NCBI GenBank assembly: GCA_044433085.1
Contig: JAWXTZ010000001.1
Span: forward strand, 53,918 to 117,917
From: Akkermansia sp.
Lineage (GTDB): Bacteria; Verrucomicrobiota; Verrucomicrobiia; Verrucomicrobiales; Akkermansiaceae
Direction: 5' to 3'
Length of the DNA stretch: 64,000 nucleotides
The number at the start of each line of letters is the position of its first letter. The first letter of the stretch is position 1. The notes beneath the pieces are model-generated. The model did not search any database. It was not told the origin of the DNA and was given only the letters and a program-made list of their open reading frames with translations. Position numbers and translations under genes: made by a program. Shown piece by piece: positions 9,872 to 18,220 of the stretch.

Positions 9872-10651
9872 ATGGAAATGACACATATTAAAACAACAGC
9901 TGGTAAATTGTATAGCGCTCTTTGCGCGAATGCTTGCACCATCAAATCAGAAGAAGGCATCATCATCAAAGAGCTTGAAGCCAATAAACAGGACTATTTT
10001 GTCGCACCTGAAGCCTACATCCAGACCGATGATGCGGGGCTGCTCTTGACCGAATGTTTTAACGAAGCCCCCATTGGACTGGTTGCCATTGGGGGCATTA
10101 ATGAACAACTCGACAATTTATCAAGCGATGTGGGCAGCACCCAAACCCAGCTCGATGCGCTGGAGGCTACGGTCAATCAGCTCACGACCGAAACCATTCC
10201 TTCGATAGAATCTTCGCTGGAAGATTTAGGGTCTAATCATCAGGCTTTGAGTGAAGAGGTCAGCGCGCTGGATGAAGCGCTTAACACGCTATCGGGGCGA
10301 ATCGATTCACTATCATCGCAGCTCACCACCAATATTCAGACGCTGACAAACTCGATATCCAATCTCAGTGTCTACCCCGACTGGTCTCGCGCTGTTCTTC
10401 TCTCTCCGTCTACGGATGGTTCGGTCAATGGAGAAACGAAGAGTTTGCAATACACCGCCCCATCAAACGGATGGATAGTTGGGTGGGGATACAAACACGA
10501 TGGTGGGCAAGCTATTTTCCGTGTCAATAACGTTGTCGTGGCGAATGACTATGGTGACATTGCGACCATTCAGGTCTTGATAGCTAACGGCGACTCATTC
10601 AGCATCAGTGAATGGACATTAGGGGAATTGCATTTCGTGCCCTGCCGATGA
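9872..10651 (+). CDS. Orphan phage tail-fibre-like protein (coiled coil plus beta-rich tip)
   Basis: Central heptad coiled coil; C-terminal YPDWS...YTAPSNGW...F.P pattern typical of tail-fibre tips; start at ATG 9872 or 9878 rather than TTG 9761. Confidence 0.5.
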   Translation: MEMTHIKTTAGKLYSALCANACTIKSEEGIIIKELEANKQDYFVAPEAYIQTDDAGLLLTECFNEAPIGLVAIGGINEQLDNLSSDVGSTQTQLDALEATVNQLTTETIPSIESSLEDLGSNHQALSEEVSALDEALNTLSGRIDSLSSQLTTNIQTLTNSISNLSVYPDWSRAVLLSPSTDGSVNGETKSLQYTAPSNGWIVGWGYKHDGGQAIFRVNNVVVANDYGDIATIQVLIANGDSFSISEWTLGELHFVPCR

Positions 10652-10669
10652 GTTGAAATGGATTTCATC

Positions 10670-10698
10670 TTGTTTTATCGAGCTTTAACTGTTAAGAT
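10670..10698 (+). promoter_or_regulatory. Sigma70-type promoter of alr
   Basis: TTGTTT-17 bp-TAAGAT with extended TG, 9 nt before the ATG. Confidence 0.5.
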
Positions 10699-10707
10699 GA
10701 GCAAGAC

Positions 10708-11811
10708 ATGATGTTTCAAAGTCCACCCCGCGCCTATGTCGAAGTTGATTTAGAGGCGATTGCGCACAATCTTGATATTGTGCGCCAATCCCAGTGTGAT
10801 GCGATGCTGATGCCCGTGGTTAAGGCAGAGGCTTATGGTCACGGGCTTGTCAATGTCGCTCGCCGATTGGATCGCGATGGCATCAGCTTTTTTGGCGTGG
10901 CTAACGCGGGCGAGGCTAGGCGCTTGAGCTTGGCGGGGATTCGCACACCCGCTTTTATTCTGGGACCAAGCTTCCCCGAGGAGCGCGCGGAAATTGTCCA
11001 CCATGCGTGGGGCTGCACCGCTTCTTGCTTGGAGGAGCTAGACCATTTCAATCAGCTGGCGCAGGCCGAGGGCTGTGTGTTTAAGCTGCATCTCGCCCTT
11101 GATACAGGCATGGGGCGCGAGGGCTTCTTGCCCGAACAATTGCCCACCCTCATTCCCTTTGTCAAAGGATTGGCTAACATCAAGGTGACAGGCGTGATGA
11201 CTCATTGCCCCTGTGCGGATGAGGATGTGCCCTTCACCCAGCAGCAATTGCAACTCTTTGCTCAATGTGTAGCAGAGTTGGAGCCCCATTTTGATTTGAA
11301 GTACCGCCATGTGGCTGCCAGTGCGGCCTTGTTGGGCTATGATGTCCCCTGCGCCAATTTGCTGAGACCGGGCTTGGTTTTATATGGTGTGGCACCACTT
11401 GCCTCTGTCTACGAGGGGGTACTGCGCCCGACGATGCGCCTTTACGCCCGCATCACCTTGGTTCGCGAGCTGCCCGCGGGGCATGGGGTCTCCTACGGTC
11501 GCTGTCAGATTTTGGACAAGCCCACGCGCGTGGCGACGCTTGGTATCGGTTATGCGGATGGTTGGTTCCGCTCTCTGTCTGGTGCAGGTGTTCAGCTTAG
11601 CATCCAAGGCAAAAACTGCACGATGATGGGGCGCGTGACCATGGATCAAATCATGGTCGATGTCACCGATTTACCCGAGGTGAAGTCGGGGGATATCGCC
11701 TGTCTGATTGGTCCGCATCAGGGTGTTGAGGCGGTCGCTCGACTTGCCAATACCATCCCTTGGGAAATTCTCACGGGCATTGGTTCGCGCGTTCCGCGCT
11801 ATTATCATTAA
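10708..11811 (+). CDS. alr: Alanine racemase
   Basis: VVKAEAYGHG (PLP lysine), DTGMGREG, RPGLVLYG, VSYG, GYADG, GRVTMDQ. Confidence 0.97.
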   Translation: MMFQSPPRAYVEVDLEAIAHNLDIVRQSQCDAMLMPVVKAEAYGHGLVNVARRLDRDGISFFGVANAGEARRLSLAGIRTPAFILGPSFPEERAEIVHHAWGCTASCLEELDHFNQLAQAEGCVFKLHLALDTGMGREGFLPEQLPTLIPFVKGLANIKVTGVMTHCPCADEDVPFTQQQLQLFAQCVAELEPHFDLKYRHVAASAALLGYDVPCANLLRPGLVLYGVAPLASVYEGVLRPTMRLYARITLVRELPAGHGVSYGRCQILDKPTRVATLGIGYADGWFRSLSGAGVQLSIQGKNCTMMGRVTMDQIMVDVTDLPEVKSGDIACLIGPHQGVEAVARLANTIPWEILTGIGSRVPRYYH

Positions 11812-11830
11812 AATTTGTTAGAAATTAATC

Positions 11831-11867
11831 AAAAAAGCATTTTCTTACTTGAAAGTGCTTTTTTTTT
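11831..11867 (+). terminator. Rho-independent terminator after alr
   Basis: AAAAAAGCATTTTC-ttactt-GAAAGTGCTTTTTTT. Confidence 0.6.
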
Positions 11868-11984
11868 ATGCTATTTCTTAGAGTAAGATAAGTGACTGTT
11901 TCTCTCCGCAGTGATTGGTGTTTTAATTGGGCGCGTTGGGGGACTACTTTGGCTTAAGATAATAAGAGAACTCCTAATGAGACG

Positions 11985-12842
11985 ATGACGATGATACCCC
12001 TAGATGAAGCAGACTCCATCATTCCCCAGACCGTGCCTGCGGCTAATTCTCTCGGTTTGGTGGATAAGACCCTTTTTGTATCCATTGCCAATGGCGATTT
12101 GGCGGGCATTGAGCAATTGCTCATGCTGGGTGCGGATGTGAATGCCTGCAATGCCTTTGGCGAGACGGCGCTCTACTGCGCCTGTTCCGACAACCAGCGT
12201 GATGTTGTAGAGCTGCTTTTGGCTCATGGCGCCAATGTGAACACACCCTGTGCCAATGGGGCAACACCCCTGATCAAGGTAAGTAAGCGTGGGTACATGC
12301 GAATAATGGAGATTTTGATTGCCCACGGTGCTGATGTGAATGCTCTAGAAAATGGGGGCGATAGCGCCTTGATGAAGGCCTGTAAAAAGAAGAAACTGCT
12401 GGCTCTAGAACGTTTGCTTAAACAGGGAGCTGATGCGAACATGCGCTACTCCAATGGAGAGACCGCTTTGATTAAGGTTTGCAAGAAGGGCGAGTACGAG
12501 CTCGCGCTGTTGTTGTTGCTGCATGGTGCGGATGCCAATATTCCCTGTTACAAGGGGGAAACGGCTTTGCTAAAGGTTAGTAAGAAGGGGGATAGACATC
12601 TTTGCGAACTTTTACTGAAGCATGGAGCCAATGTCGATGTGTGCTGTCACCATGCAGAGACGGTTCTCATTAAGGCCTGCCGCAAGGGGTATACGGAACT
12701 AGCTGAACTTTGCCTCGCCCATGGTGCGGATGTCAAATGTTGTGATATTCGTGGCAAATCGGCTTTAAGCTATGCTTTAGAGTCTGGCAATCAGCAACTC
12801 ACCACGATTCTTCAAAATAAGGGGGCGGAGGCTTATCGTTGA
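11985..12842 (+). CDS. Ankyrin repeat protein
   Basis: About 7 repeats of G.TAL.K.CKKG....LL.HGADVN. Confidence 0.93.
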   Translation: MTMIPLDEADSIIPQTVPAANSLGLVDKTLFVSIANGDLAGIEQLLMLGADVNACNAFGETALYCACSDNQRDVVELLLAHGANVNTPCANGATPLIKVSKRGYMRIMEILIAHGADVNALENGGDSALMKACKKKKLLALERLLKQGADANMRYSNGETALIKVCKKGEYELALLLLLHGADANIPCYKGETALLKVSKKGDRHLCELLLKHGANVDVCCHHAETVLIKACRKGYTELAELCLAHGADVKCCDIRGKSALSYALESGNQQLTTILQNKGAEAYR

Positions 12843-13044
12843 GTTCGCGATTAAAACTTTTTTTGTTAGCTTCTTTTTGTGAAAAAGAAGCTTTATTTAC
12901 TTGAATCTTCCCCCAATCTGTGGTATAGAGAAACTATGACTTAGACATCATTTATTTCTGCCCTAAATGCTGAGAGGAACAGAAGGAACACCCCATAATC
13001 AGCCCCATTATCCAATCTAATCCCAAATAGAAAGAACTAGAAAG

Positions 13045-13812
13045 ATGAATAATAGAGATGAACTCAATCGTGTCCCCGCTCCCGTCAATGCCGAGGCTTC
13101 TGCCTTGGAGAGGAGCCTTGCCAATAAAGCCTTGTTTGTCGCCATCGCCAGACGCAACCCATTAGCCGTTTCTCTGAAGTTGGAGATGGGTGCCGATGTC
13201 AATGCCTGCAATGATTTTGGTGAAACTGCCCTCTACCGTGCTTGCTCTTACGGCAATCTTGATGTTGTCAAGATGTTGGTGTCCCGTGGTGCCGACTTGA
13301 ATATGCCTTGCGTCAGCGGCAAGATGCCCCTGATTAAGGCTTGCAAGAAGGGTCATGCCGATATTGTGTCCTACTTGCTGGCCAATGGCGCCAACCCTAA
13401 CGTGGCTGATAATCTTGGCGAAACCGCCTTGTTGAAAGTCTGCAAGAAGGGATATACCGAAATTGTGCGCTTGCTGATTGCAGCGGGTGCCAATGTCAAT
13501 TTGACCTACATGAATGGCGAAAATGCGCTGCTCAAGGTCTGCAAAAAGGGCTATTTAGAACTGGCAAAGATGTTGCTGGCAGCAGGTGCTGACCACAGTC
13601 TGCGCTACGAAGGTGGCTCAAGTGCATTGATTAAGGCGAGCCGCAAAGGCTATCTGGAGGTGGTTGAAGCCCTGCTGGCGTATGGTGCTGATACCTCAGC
13701 CGTCGATCGATTCGGAAAATCCGCCCGCGTCTATGCCATGGAGAAGAATAACAGCGCGCTACTGGCAGCGCTGTCGCTTCGCTCCAATGGGGAATTGGGA
13801 ATTAAAAATTAG
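13045..13812 (+). CDS. Ankyrin repeat protein (tandem paralog)
   Basis: About 6 ankyrin repeats; shares LFV.IA and GADVNACN.FGETALY.ACS with the upstream gene. Confidence 0.93.
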   Translation: MNNRDELNRVPAPVNAEASALERSLANKALFVAIARRNPLAVSLKLEMGADVNACNDFGETALYRACSYGNLDVVKMLVSRGADLNMPCVSGKMPLIKACKKGHADIVSYLLANGANPNVADNLGETALLKVCKKGYTEIVRLLIAAGANVNLTYMNGENALLKVCKKGYLELAKMLLAAGADHSLRYEGGSSALIKASRKGYLEVVEALLAYGADTSAVDRFGKSARVYAMEKNNSALLAALSLRSNGELGIKN

Positions 13813-13983
13813 CGGGGCTGGCGCCCCGTGGATAGTTGCCAAGCTGGTTCCACCGTAAAAATTCAAGCACCGATACGTAAGTTGCATCGGTGCTTTTTAT
13901 TTGAGCTCCGCACTTGCTTTGCTCCCACGCCCGTGAGGGTGCTCTATTTTAATTCCCCATTCCCAATTCCCCATTCCCAATTG
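13773..13983. repeat. Heptamer (GGGAATT/AATTCCC)-rich inverted-repeat element, copy 1
   Basis: Left end GTCGCTTCGCTCCAATGGGGAATTGGGAATT, right end AATTCCCCATTCCCAATTCCCCATTCCCAATTG; internal motifs shared with the copy at 45476-45655. Confidence 0.8.
13865..13898 (+). terminator. Terminator hairpin between convergent genes
   Basis: AAGCACCGAT-loop-ATCGGTGCTT followed by T run. Confidence 0.6.
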
Positions 13984-13991
13984 AAAAGCCT

Positions 13992-14453
13992 TTAGGCTTT
14001 TCTTGGCGCATTATTTCGCAGGGGGAATTGGTGGCTGAAGGGGTAGTCTTCAATCTGCTCCAGCTTGACTCCGTACATGTCAGCGATGGCGCGGGATTCG
14101 GAGTGCGGGTAATCGACCCCGTAGTAGATGGTTTGGACGCCGTGGGCGCAGAGTGCTTGCATGCAGGAGGTGCAGGGCATGGTGGTGCAGGCGACAATGA
14201 CCGCTTCACCCCGCTTGATGAGGCTACAGAGGTTGATTTCGGCATGCAGCATGTATTTTTGGCGACCATCTCGGTCGTCCCAAAAGTGATCTGGGGCTTT
14301 GAAGCCGGGGTAGAGCCCGTTGTAGGCGGTGCCGATGACGCGGTTGTCTTTGTCGAGGGCTGCGGCCCCGACTTTGCGGTAGGGGTCTTCGGAGCGCAGG
14401 GCTGCCACGTGGGCTAGTGCCATGGCGTATTGGGGGATGGGGAGTCGCTTCAT
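13992..14453 (-). CDS. dCMP deaminase (ComEB family)
   Basis: RSEDP..KVGA, YNG, HAE.N, PCTSC zinc motifs. Confidence 0.92.
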   Translation of the reverse strand: MKRLPIPQYAMALAHVAALRSEDPYRKVGAAALDKDNRVIGTAYNGLYPGFKAPDHFWDDRDGRQKYMLHAEINLCSLIKRGEAVIVACTTMPCTSCMQALCAHGVQTIYYGVDYPHSESRAIADMYGVKLEQIEDYPFSHQFPLRNNAPRKA

Positions 14454-15976
14454 GGGGCTTCGTCGCTTGTTTCCACGCGTTTGATGCTGTCGTCCACGTT
14501 GACGATGGCACTAAAGCGTTTGGTGATTTTGTTGCTGGAGATGTTGATGTCCTTCACATCTTTGCAGACGGTGTCGATGCTGCGCCCCAGTTTTTCCCAG
14601 CGCGTGTTGTAGCGTTGGAATTCGGTTTGAAGTTTGGCGAGCTCTTGTTGGATGATGTGGGCAAATTTCTCGCGCTCAACATTTTGTAAGATGACTTGCA
14701 GGGTGTTGAGCACCGCCATCAGGGTCGTGGGTGAGGCTATCCAGACGTGCAGGCTCTGCGCGTATTCTACCACTTGGCTGTAGTAGGCGTGTACCTCGGC
14801 AAAGACGGCTTCGGCTGGTAAAAAGAGGATGGCTTGGTTCGCGGTCACCCCTTCGATGATGTATTTGCTGGCGATGTCCTTGATGTGCTTTTTGAGGTCT
14901 TTGGCAAATTGCTGGCTGGCGCGGTTGCGCTCTTCCTCACTCAGCGATTTGTCGAGGCTGCGCTTGTAGTTTTCCAACGGGAATTTGGCGTCGATGGCCA
15001 GCAGTCCCACTGGCTCGGGCGCAAAGAGGACGGCATCGGCAATCTTTTCATTGCCAAAGCTGTACTGGGTCAGGTAGACGCCTTCCTTCGCTTCGCCAAA
15101 GGCGGCATGCAGGATTTGATTGAGCTGGATTTCCCCAAATGTCCCGCGTGATTTTTTGTCGGTCAGCACGTCTTGCAGCGAGACGATGTTGCTGGAGAGG
15201 GATTGGATGTTCTTTTGCGCTTCATCAATTTTGCTGAGGCGCGCAATGATGTTTTGGAAGGTTTCGTTTGTTTTTTCAAAGCCTGTTTTCAGGCGTTCTT
15301 CAACCTTGCTGTTGATGCTATCGAGTTTGCCTTCAACCTTTTCTGTCAGCTGGGTGAAGTTGCTGGTGACTTGCTTGCCCAGGTTCTTGTCAAAGTTGTT
15401 CAGGCTTTCGGTAAAGGTGGCAAATTCTTTGCTGAGTTTTTCGTTGTTACTCGCCAGTCCCTCTTGCAGTTTGTCTTGGTTGTCGCGCTGCTGCTCCAGC
15501 AGCTGACCCATGCTGTCACCAACTTGCTTGCCGAGTTTTTTATCGAACTGGTTGAGGCTATCGGCAAAGCTAGCAAATTCCTTGCTGAGTTTTTCGTTGT
15601 TGCCCGCCAGTCCCTCTTGCAATTTGCTTTGGTTACCGCGCTGCTGTTCCAGCAGTTGTGCCATGCTGTCACCGACTTGTTTGTTGAGGTTTTTGTCGAA
15701 TTTGTTGAGGCTGTCGCCAAAGTTGGCAAACTCTTGCGCCAGTTGTTGTTTGTTATCTGCTAAGCCTTGATGGAGATTTTGTTGACTGCCATGCAGCTGC
15801 ATCATGAGTTTTTCGTGCTGCTGATTGAAGCTGTCTTGAATTTCCATCACCTGTTGTTTGCTCTGCAGGGCGAGCTGCAACTCAAAGGCTTTATTTTTGC
15901 GGCTGAGCAGGTAGAGGCTTGCAAGTGCAAGTACAAGCAGGATGACGAGCAGGGTAATGATGATGGCGGTGTTCAT
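14450..15976 (-). CDS. rmuC: DNA recombination protein RmuC with internal repeat expansion
   Basis: KSRGTFGEIQL, IDAKFPLENY, HIKDIASKYI, FLPAEAVF, ASPTTLMA; N-terminal TM anchor. Confidence 0.93.
   Translation of the reverse strand: MNTAIIITLLVILLVLALASLYLLSRKNKAFELQLALQSKQQVMEIQDSFNQQHEKLMMQLHGSQQNLHQGLADNKQQLAQEFANFGDSLNKFDKNLNKQVGDSMAQLLEQQRGNQSKLQEGLAGNNEKLSKEFASFADSLNQFDKKLGKQVGDSMGQLLEQQRDNQDKLQEGLASNNEKLSKEFATFTESLNNFDKNLGKQVTSNFTQLTEKVEGKLDSINSKVEERLKTGFEKTNETFQNIIARLSKIDEAQKNIQSLSSNIVSLQDVLTDKKSRGTFGEIQLNQILHAAFGEAKEGVYLTQYSFGNEKIADAVLFAPEPVGLLAIDAKFPLENYKRSLDKSLSEEERNRASQQFAKDLKKHIKDIASKYIIEGVTANQAILFLPAEAVFAEVHAYYSQVVEYAQSLHVWIASPTTLMAVLNTLQVILQNVEREKFAHIIQQELAKLQTEFQRYNTRWEKLGRSIDTVCKDVKDINISSNKITKRFSAIVNVDDSIKRVETSDEAP
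15370..15775 (-). repeat. 153-bp (51-aa) tandem repeat, about 2.7 copies, inside rmuC
   Basis: CAGTCCCTCTTGCA recurs at 15455 and 15608; protein unit L.EGLA.NNEKLSKEFA.F.DSLN.FDK.L.KQVGDSM.QLLEQQR.NQ.K. Confidence 0.9.
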
Positions 15977-17262
15977 GAAATTTCAAGTTGCTCATCCAAC
16001 ATCATTCCTTGAAGGGTTTGTGCGATGATGCGCAGCACGCAGAGTTCGCGGTACCACTTGCGGTCGGCAGGGATGACGTACCAAGCGTGACGCTCGCCCT
16101 TGATGCCCATGTTGAGCATGTCTTCAGCGATGGCCTTTTCCCGTGTCCATTCCTCCAAGCTAGGTAGATGGAAGTTGATGTGTTCGGGGCGTGCGCTGGG
16201 GTCGTTGCGGCGCTTTTCGATGCGACGCAGCTGCTCTTCGTAGGAGACGTGGAGATAAATTTTGATGATGCGTGTGCCCTCATCGCAAAGCATGCTTTCA
16301 AATTGCACCAAATGCTTCATGCGAAGACGTAATTTTTCTTCGCTCATCTCCCCCCTCAGGTAACGTTTCGTGAGGAGGTCGTAGAGCGAGTGGTCGAAGA
16401 CGACGGCCTGCCCCAATCGAGGAGTCCGCATGGAGAAGGGGCGTAGGAAGTCGTACTCGTCCATGTCGATGAGGTCCTTTTGCGCAAAGCTTTCGACGCG
16501 CAGTCCAAAGGGGTCCATGCAGTTGGCGAGGCGTCGCACGCTGGAGGAGCAGCCCCCACCGGACATTCCATCAAAGATGATGAGCAGGCGACCTTTCTTC
16601 TGGCGACTCAGCGCGCGGTGGAAGAGGGAGATGTCGGCCAGCAAATCGCGAATCTGGGGAGTTGCTGCATCCTTGCTTCCTGCAAAGAGGCTAGAGTCGT
16701 TGGCGGGTGTTTTGCTAAAACTAAATTTTTCTCCACTCTTCAGGCGGTAGCGAGAGGGAGTCAGCTGGCTGTTATGGTACCGTTGCAGCTGCTTGATGGG
16801 CATGGAGGGGGGGAAGAATGTCGCGAGCACCTGCTCAATGATGGGGCGTTTGAAGGCGACAAACATCTCGGCCGTCACCTTGCGGTAGGGCAACCACTTG
16901 ATGAGCGCAAATTCTGGCGTCTTTTCAATGTCGATGGCGGGCTTAACTTCATTGCAGAGGAGGAGGTAGTAGGTCTGCTCTTGTCCCTTCCATCGGACGC
17001 TTTTGATGTTTTGTTCCTTGTAGCGATAGCGGTAGCCGCCTATGGAGCAGATGACCTTGTAGGAGTCGGGGCTGAGACCGACTTCTTCCCACACTTCGCG
17101 CTTCATGGCGGCCAGTAGGGTTTCTTTTCGCCCGACACCACCTTGCGGGAAGTGCCAATTTTTGCCTTCGGGCGTGGGTGAGGCGAGGAGGATGTTCCCA
17201 GCTGCATCCATGATGACAGCAGCGACATTCGTTCTCCAGCTATCGGGGGGTGGGGTCATCAT
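15973..17262 (-). CDS. RppH-like Nudix hydrolase fused to a degenerate polyphosphate kinase 2 domain
   Basis: WHFPQGG....E....A..REVWEEVG Nudix box and GQEQTYYL; PPK2 remnants MDPFG, VFDHSLY, FESML.DEG..IIKIYLHVSYEEQ.RR, WYVIPADRKWYR. Confidence 0.85.
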   Translation of the reverse strand: MMTPPPDSWRTNVAAVIMDAAGNILLASPTPEGKNWHFPQGGVGRKETLLAAMKREVWEEVGLSPDSYKVICSIGGYRYRYKEQNIKSVRWKGQEQTYYLLLCNEVKPAIDIEKTPEFALIKWLPYRKVTAEMFVAFKRPIIEQVLATFFPPSMPIKQLQRYHNSQLTPSRYRLKSGEKFSFSKTPANDSSLFAGSKDAATPQIRDLLADISLFHRALSRQKKGRLLIIFDGMSGGGCSSSVRRLANCMDPFGLRVESFAQKDLIDMDEYDFLRPFSMRTPRLGQAVVFDHSLYDLLTKRYLRGEMSEEKLRLRMKHLVQFESMLCDEGTRIIKIYLHVSYEEQLRRIEKRRNDPSARPEHINFHLPSLEEWTREKAIAEDMLNMGIKGERHAWYVIPADRKWYRELCVLRIIAQTLQGMMLDEQLEIS

Positions 17263-17271
17263 AAGCCTGTC

Positions 17272-18009
17272 TTATTTGACGGATGGTGCACGGCGACCGT
17301 GGCTTTCATCATTCCATTGTTCGCTCTCGTATTTTTCATGGCAGAGTTCGCTTAATTCCGCAGCAAATCCTTCGTAGGGTTCTTCGCTGCTGATGGATGT
17401 GACCTGCTCGCACAGGGCTTGGGCGAGCGTCTGCTCCCAGCCTTGGCTGGGCTCGCACTCTTGGATGAGCCCTTGGTGCAGCACGGCACCTCGGTAGCGA
17501 CGCTGTCCTGCGCCTGCCAGTTTTTGCCCCTTGTTGTCAATGACATCGCTGACCACAGGGCTGGCCCAGCAGGAGCGACCGCCATCAGGCGCATCGCAGC
17601 TCAAGAGTTGGCAATCGACCCCATGTTGGCACAGCGCCTTGACCAAGGCACCATGAATCCAGCTGTAAAGTGCATCGCTGCTGGGGTACATGATGCCTTC
17701 GATAGCGGGTAGCGTCAGGGTGTAGGTGTAGCCCTTGCGGTGATCGACAATGCCACCACCAGTCCAGCGTCGTATGTATTCAATGCCTTCCCCTGGGAAG
17801 ATTCGGGCGGCTACTTGCGTGGTGTCAAAGTAGCCAAAGCTCACCGTGGGGCGGCACCAATTGTAGACCCGAAGCCATGCCTCGGGTCGTCGGCTGAGCA
17901 GTTCGTCAGCCGCCATGTTTTGATAGCCCGTTCGGGGTAGTGGGTCAAGCCACAGCTTCAGTTCTTGGGGAGGCAGTGCAGGGCAGGCCTCTTGGGGACG
18001 CATCAACAT
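17272..18009 (-). CDS. Lipoate-protein ligase A / octanoyltransferase family protein
   Basis: NMAADELL, LRVYNW..PTVSFGY, RRWTGGG.V.H, KLAGAGQRR...VLHQG; start placed downstream of the palindrome. Confidence 0.85.
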   Translation of the reverse strand: MLMRPQEACPALPPQELKLWLDPLPRTGYQNMAADELLSRRPEAWLRVYNWCRPTVSFGYFDTTQVAARIFPGEGIEYIRRWTGGGIVDHRKGYTYTLTLPAIEGIMYPSSDALYSWIHGALVKALCQHGVDCQLLSCDAPDGGRSCWASPVVSDVIDNKGQKLAGAGQRRYRGAVLHQGLIQECEPSQGWEQTLAQALCEQVTSISSEEPYEGFAAELSELCHEKYESEQWNDESHGRRAPSVK

Positions 18010-18030
18010 AAGGGAGTCTTCTATTTTCTC

Positions 18031-18149
18031 GCAGCCCAAAATCGCGAGAGGATTTTGGGGCGTATTTTTTTCATTTTTGAAGGAGTATAGTAACTATTCG
18101 ACGAGAAAATGGACAAAATACGTCCCAAAGACCTCGCGAGATGGGCTGT
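18031..18149. repeat. About 120-nt imperfect palindromic element
   Basis: Nested pairs CAGCCCA/TGGGCTG, TCGCGAG/CTCGCGA, TTTGGGGCGTATTTT/AAAATACGTCCCAAA, TTCATTTT/AAAATGGA, apical ATAG-taa-CTAT. Confidence 0.75.
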
Positions 18150-18220
18150 TGCGTGATTTTTTCTAATGTGCTATGGCTTTAAGACGAGAAATTAGAAGTC
18201 CCCTTAAGAATAGGGGGCGC

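Noticed and set aside
9761-13812. Prophage or DGR around the tail-fibre-like and ankyrin genes
   Set aside because: No integrase, capsid, terminase, reverse transcriptase or TR/VR pair; alr sits in the middle
13992-15976. dCMP deaminase + RmuC as an anti-phage system
   Set aside because: The deaminase is the short housekeeping ComEB type without the kinase-like domain of defence dCTP deaminases; context is a core operon
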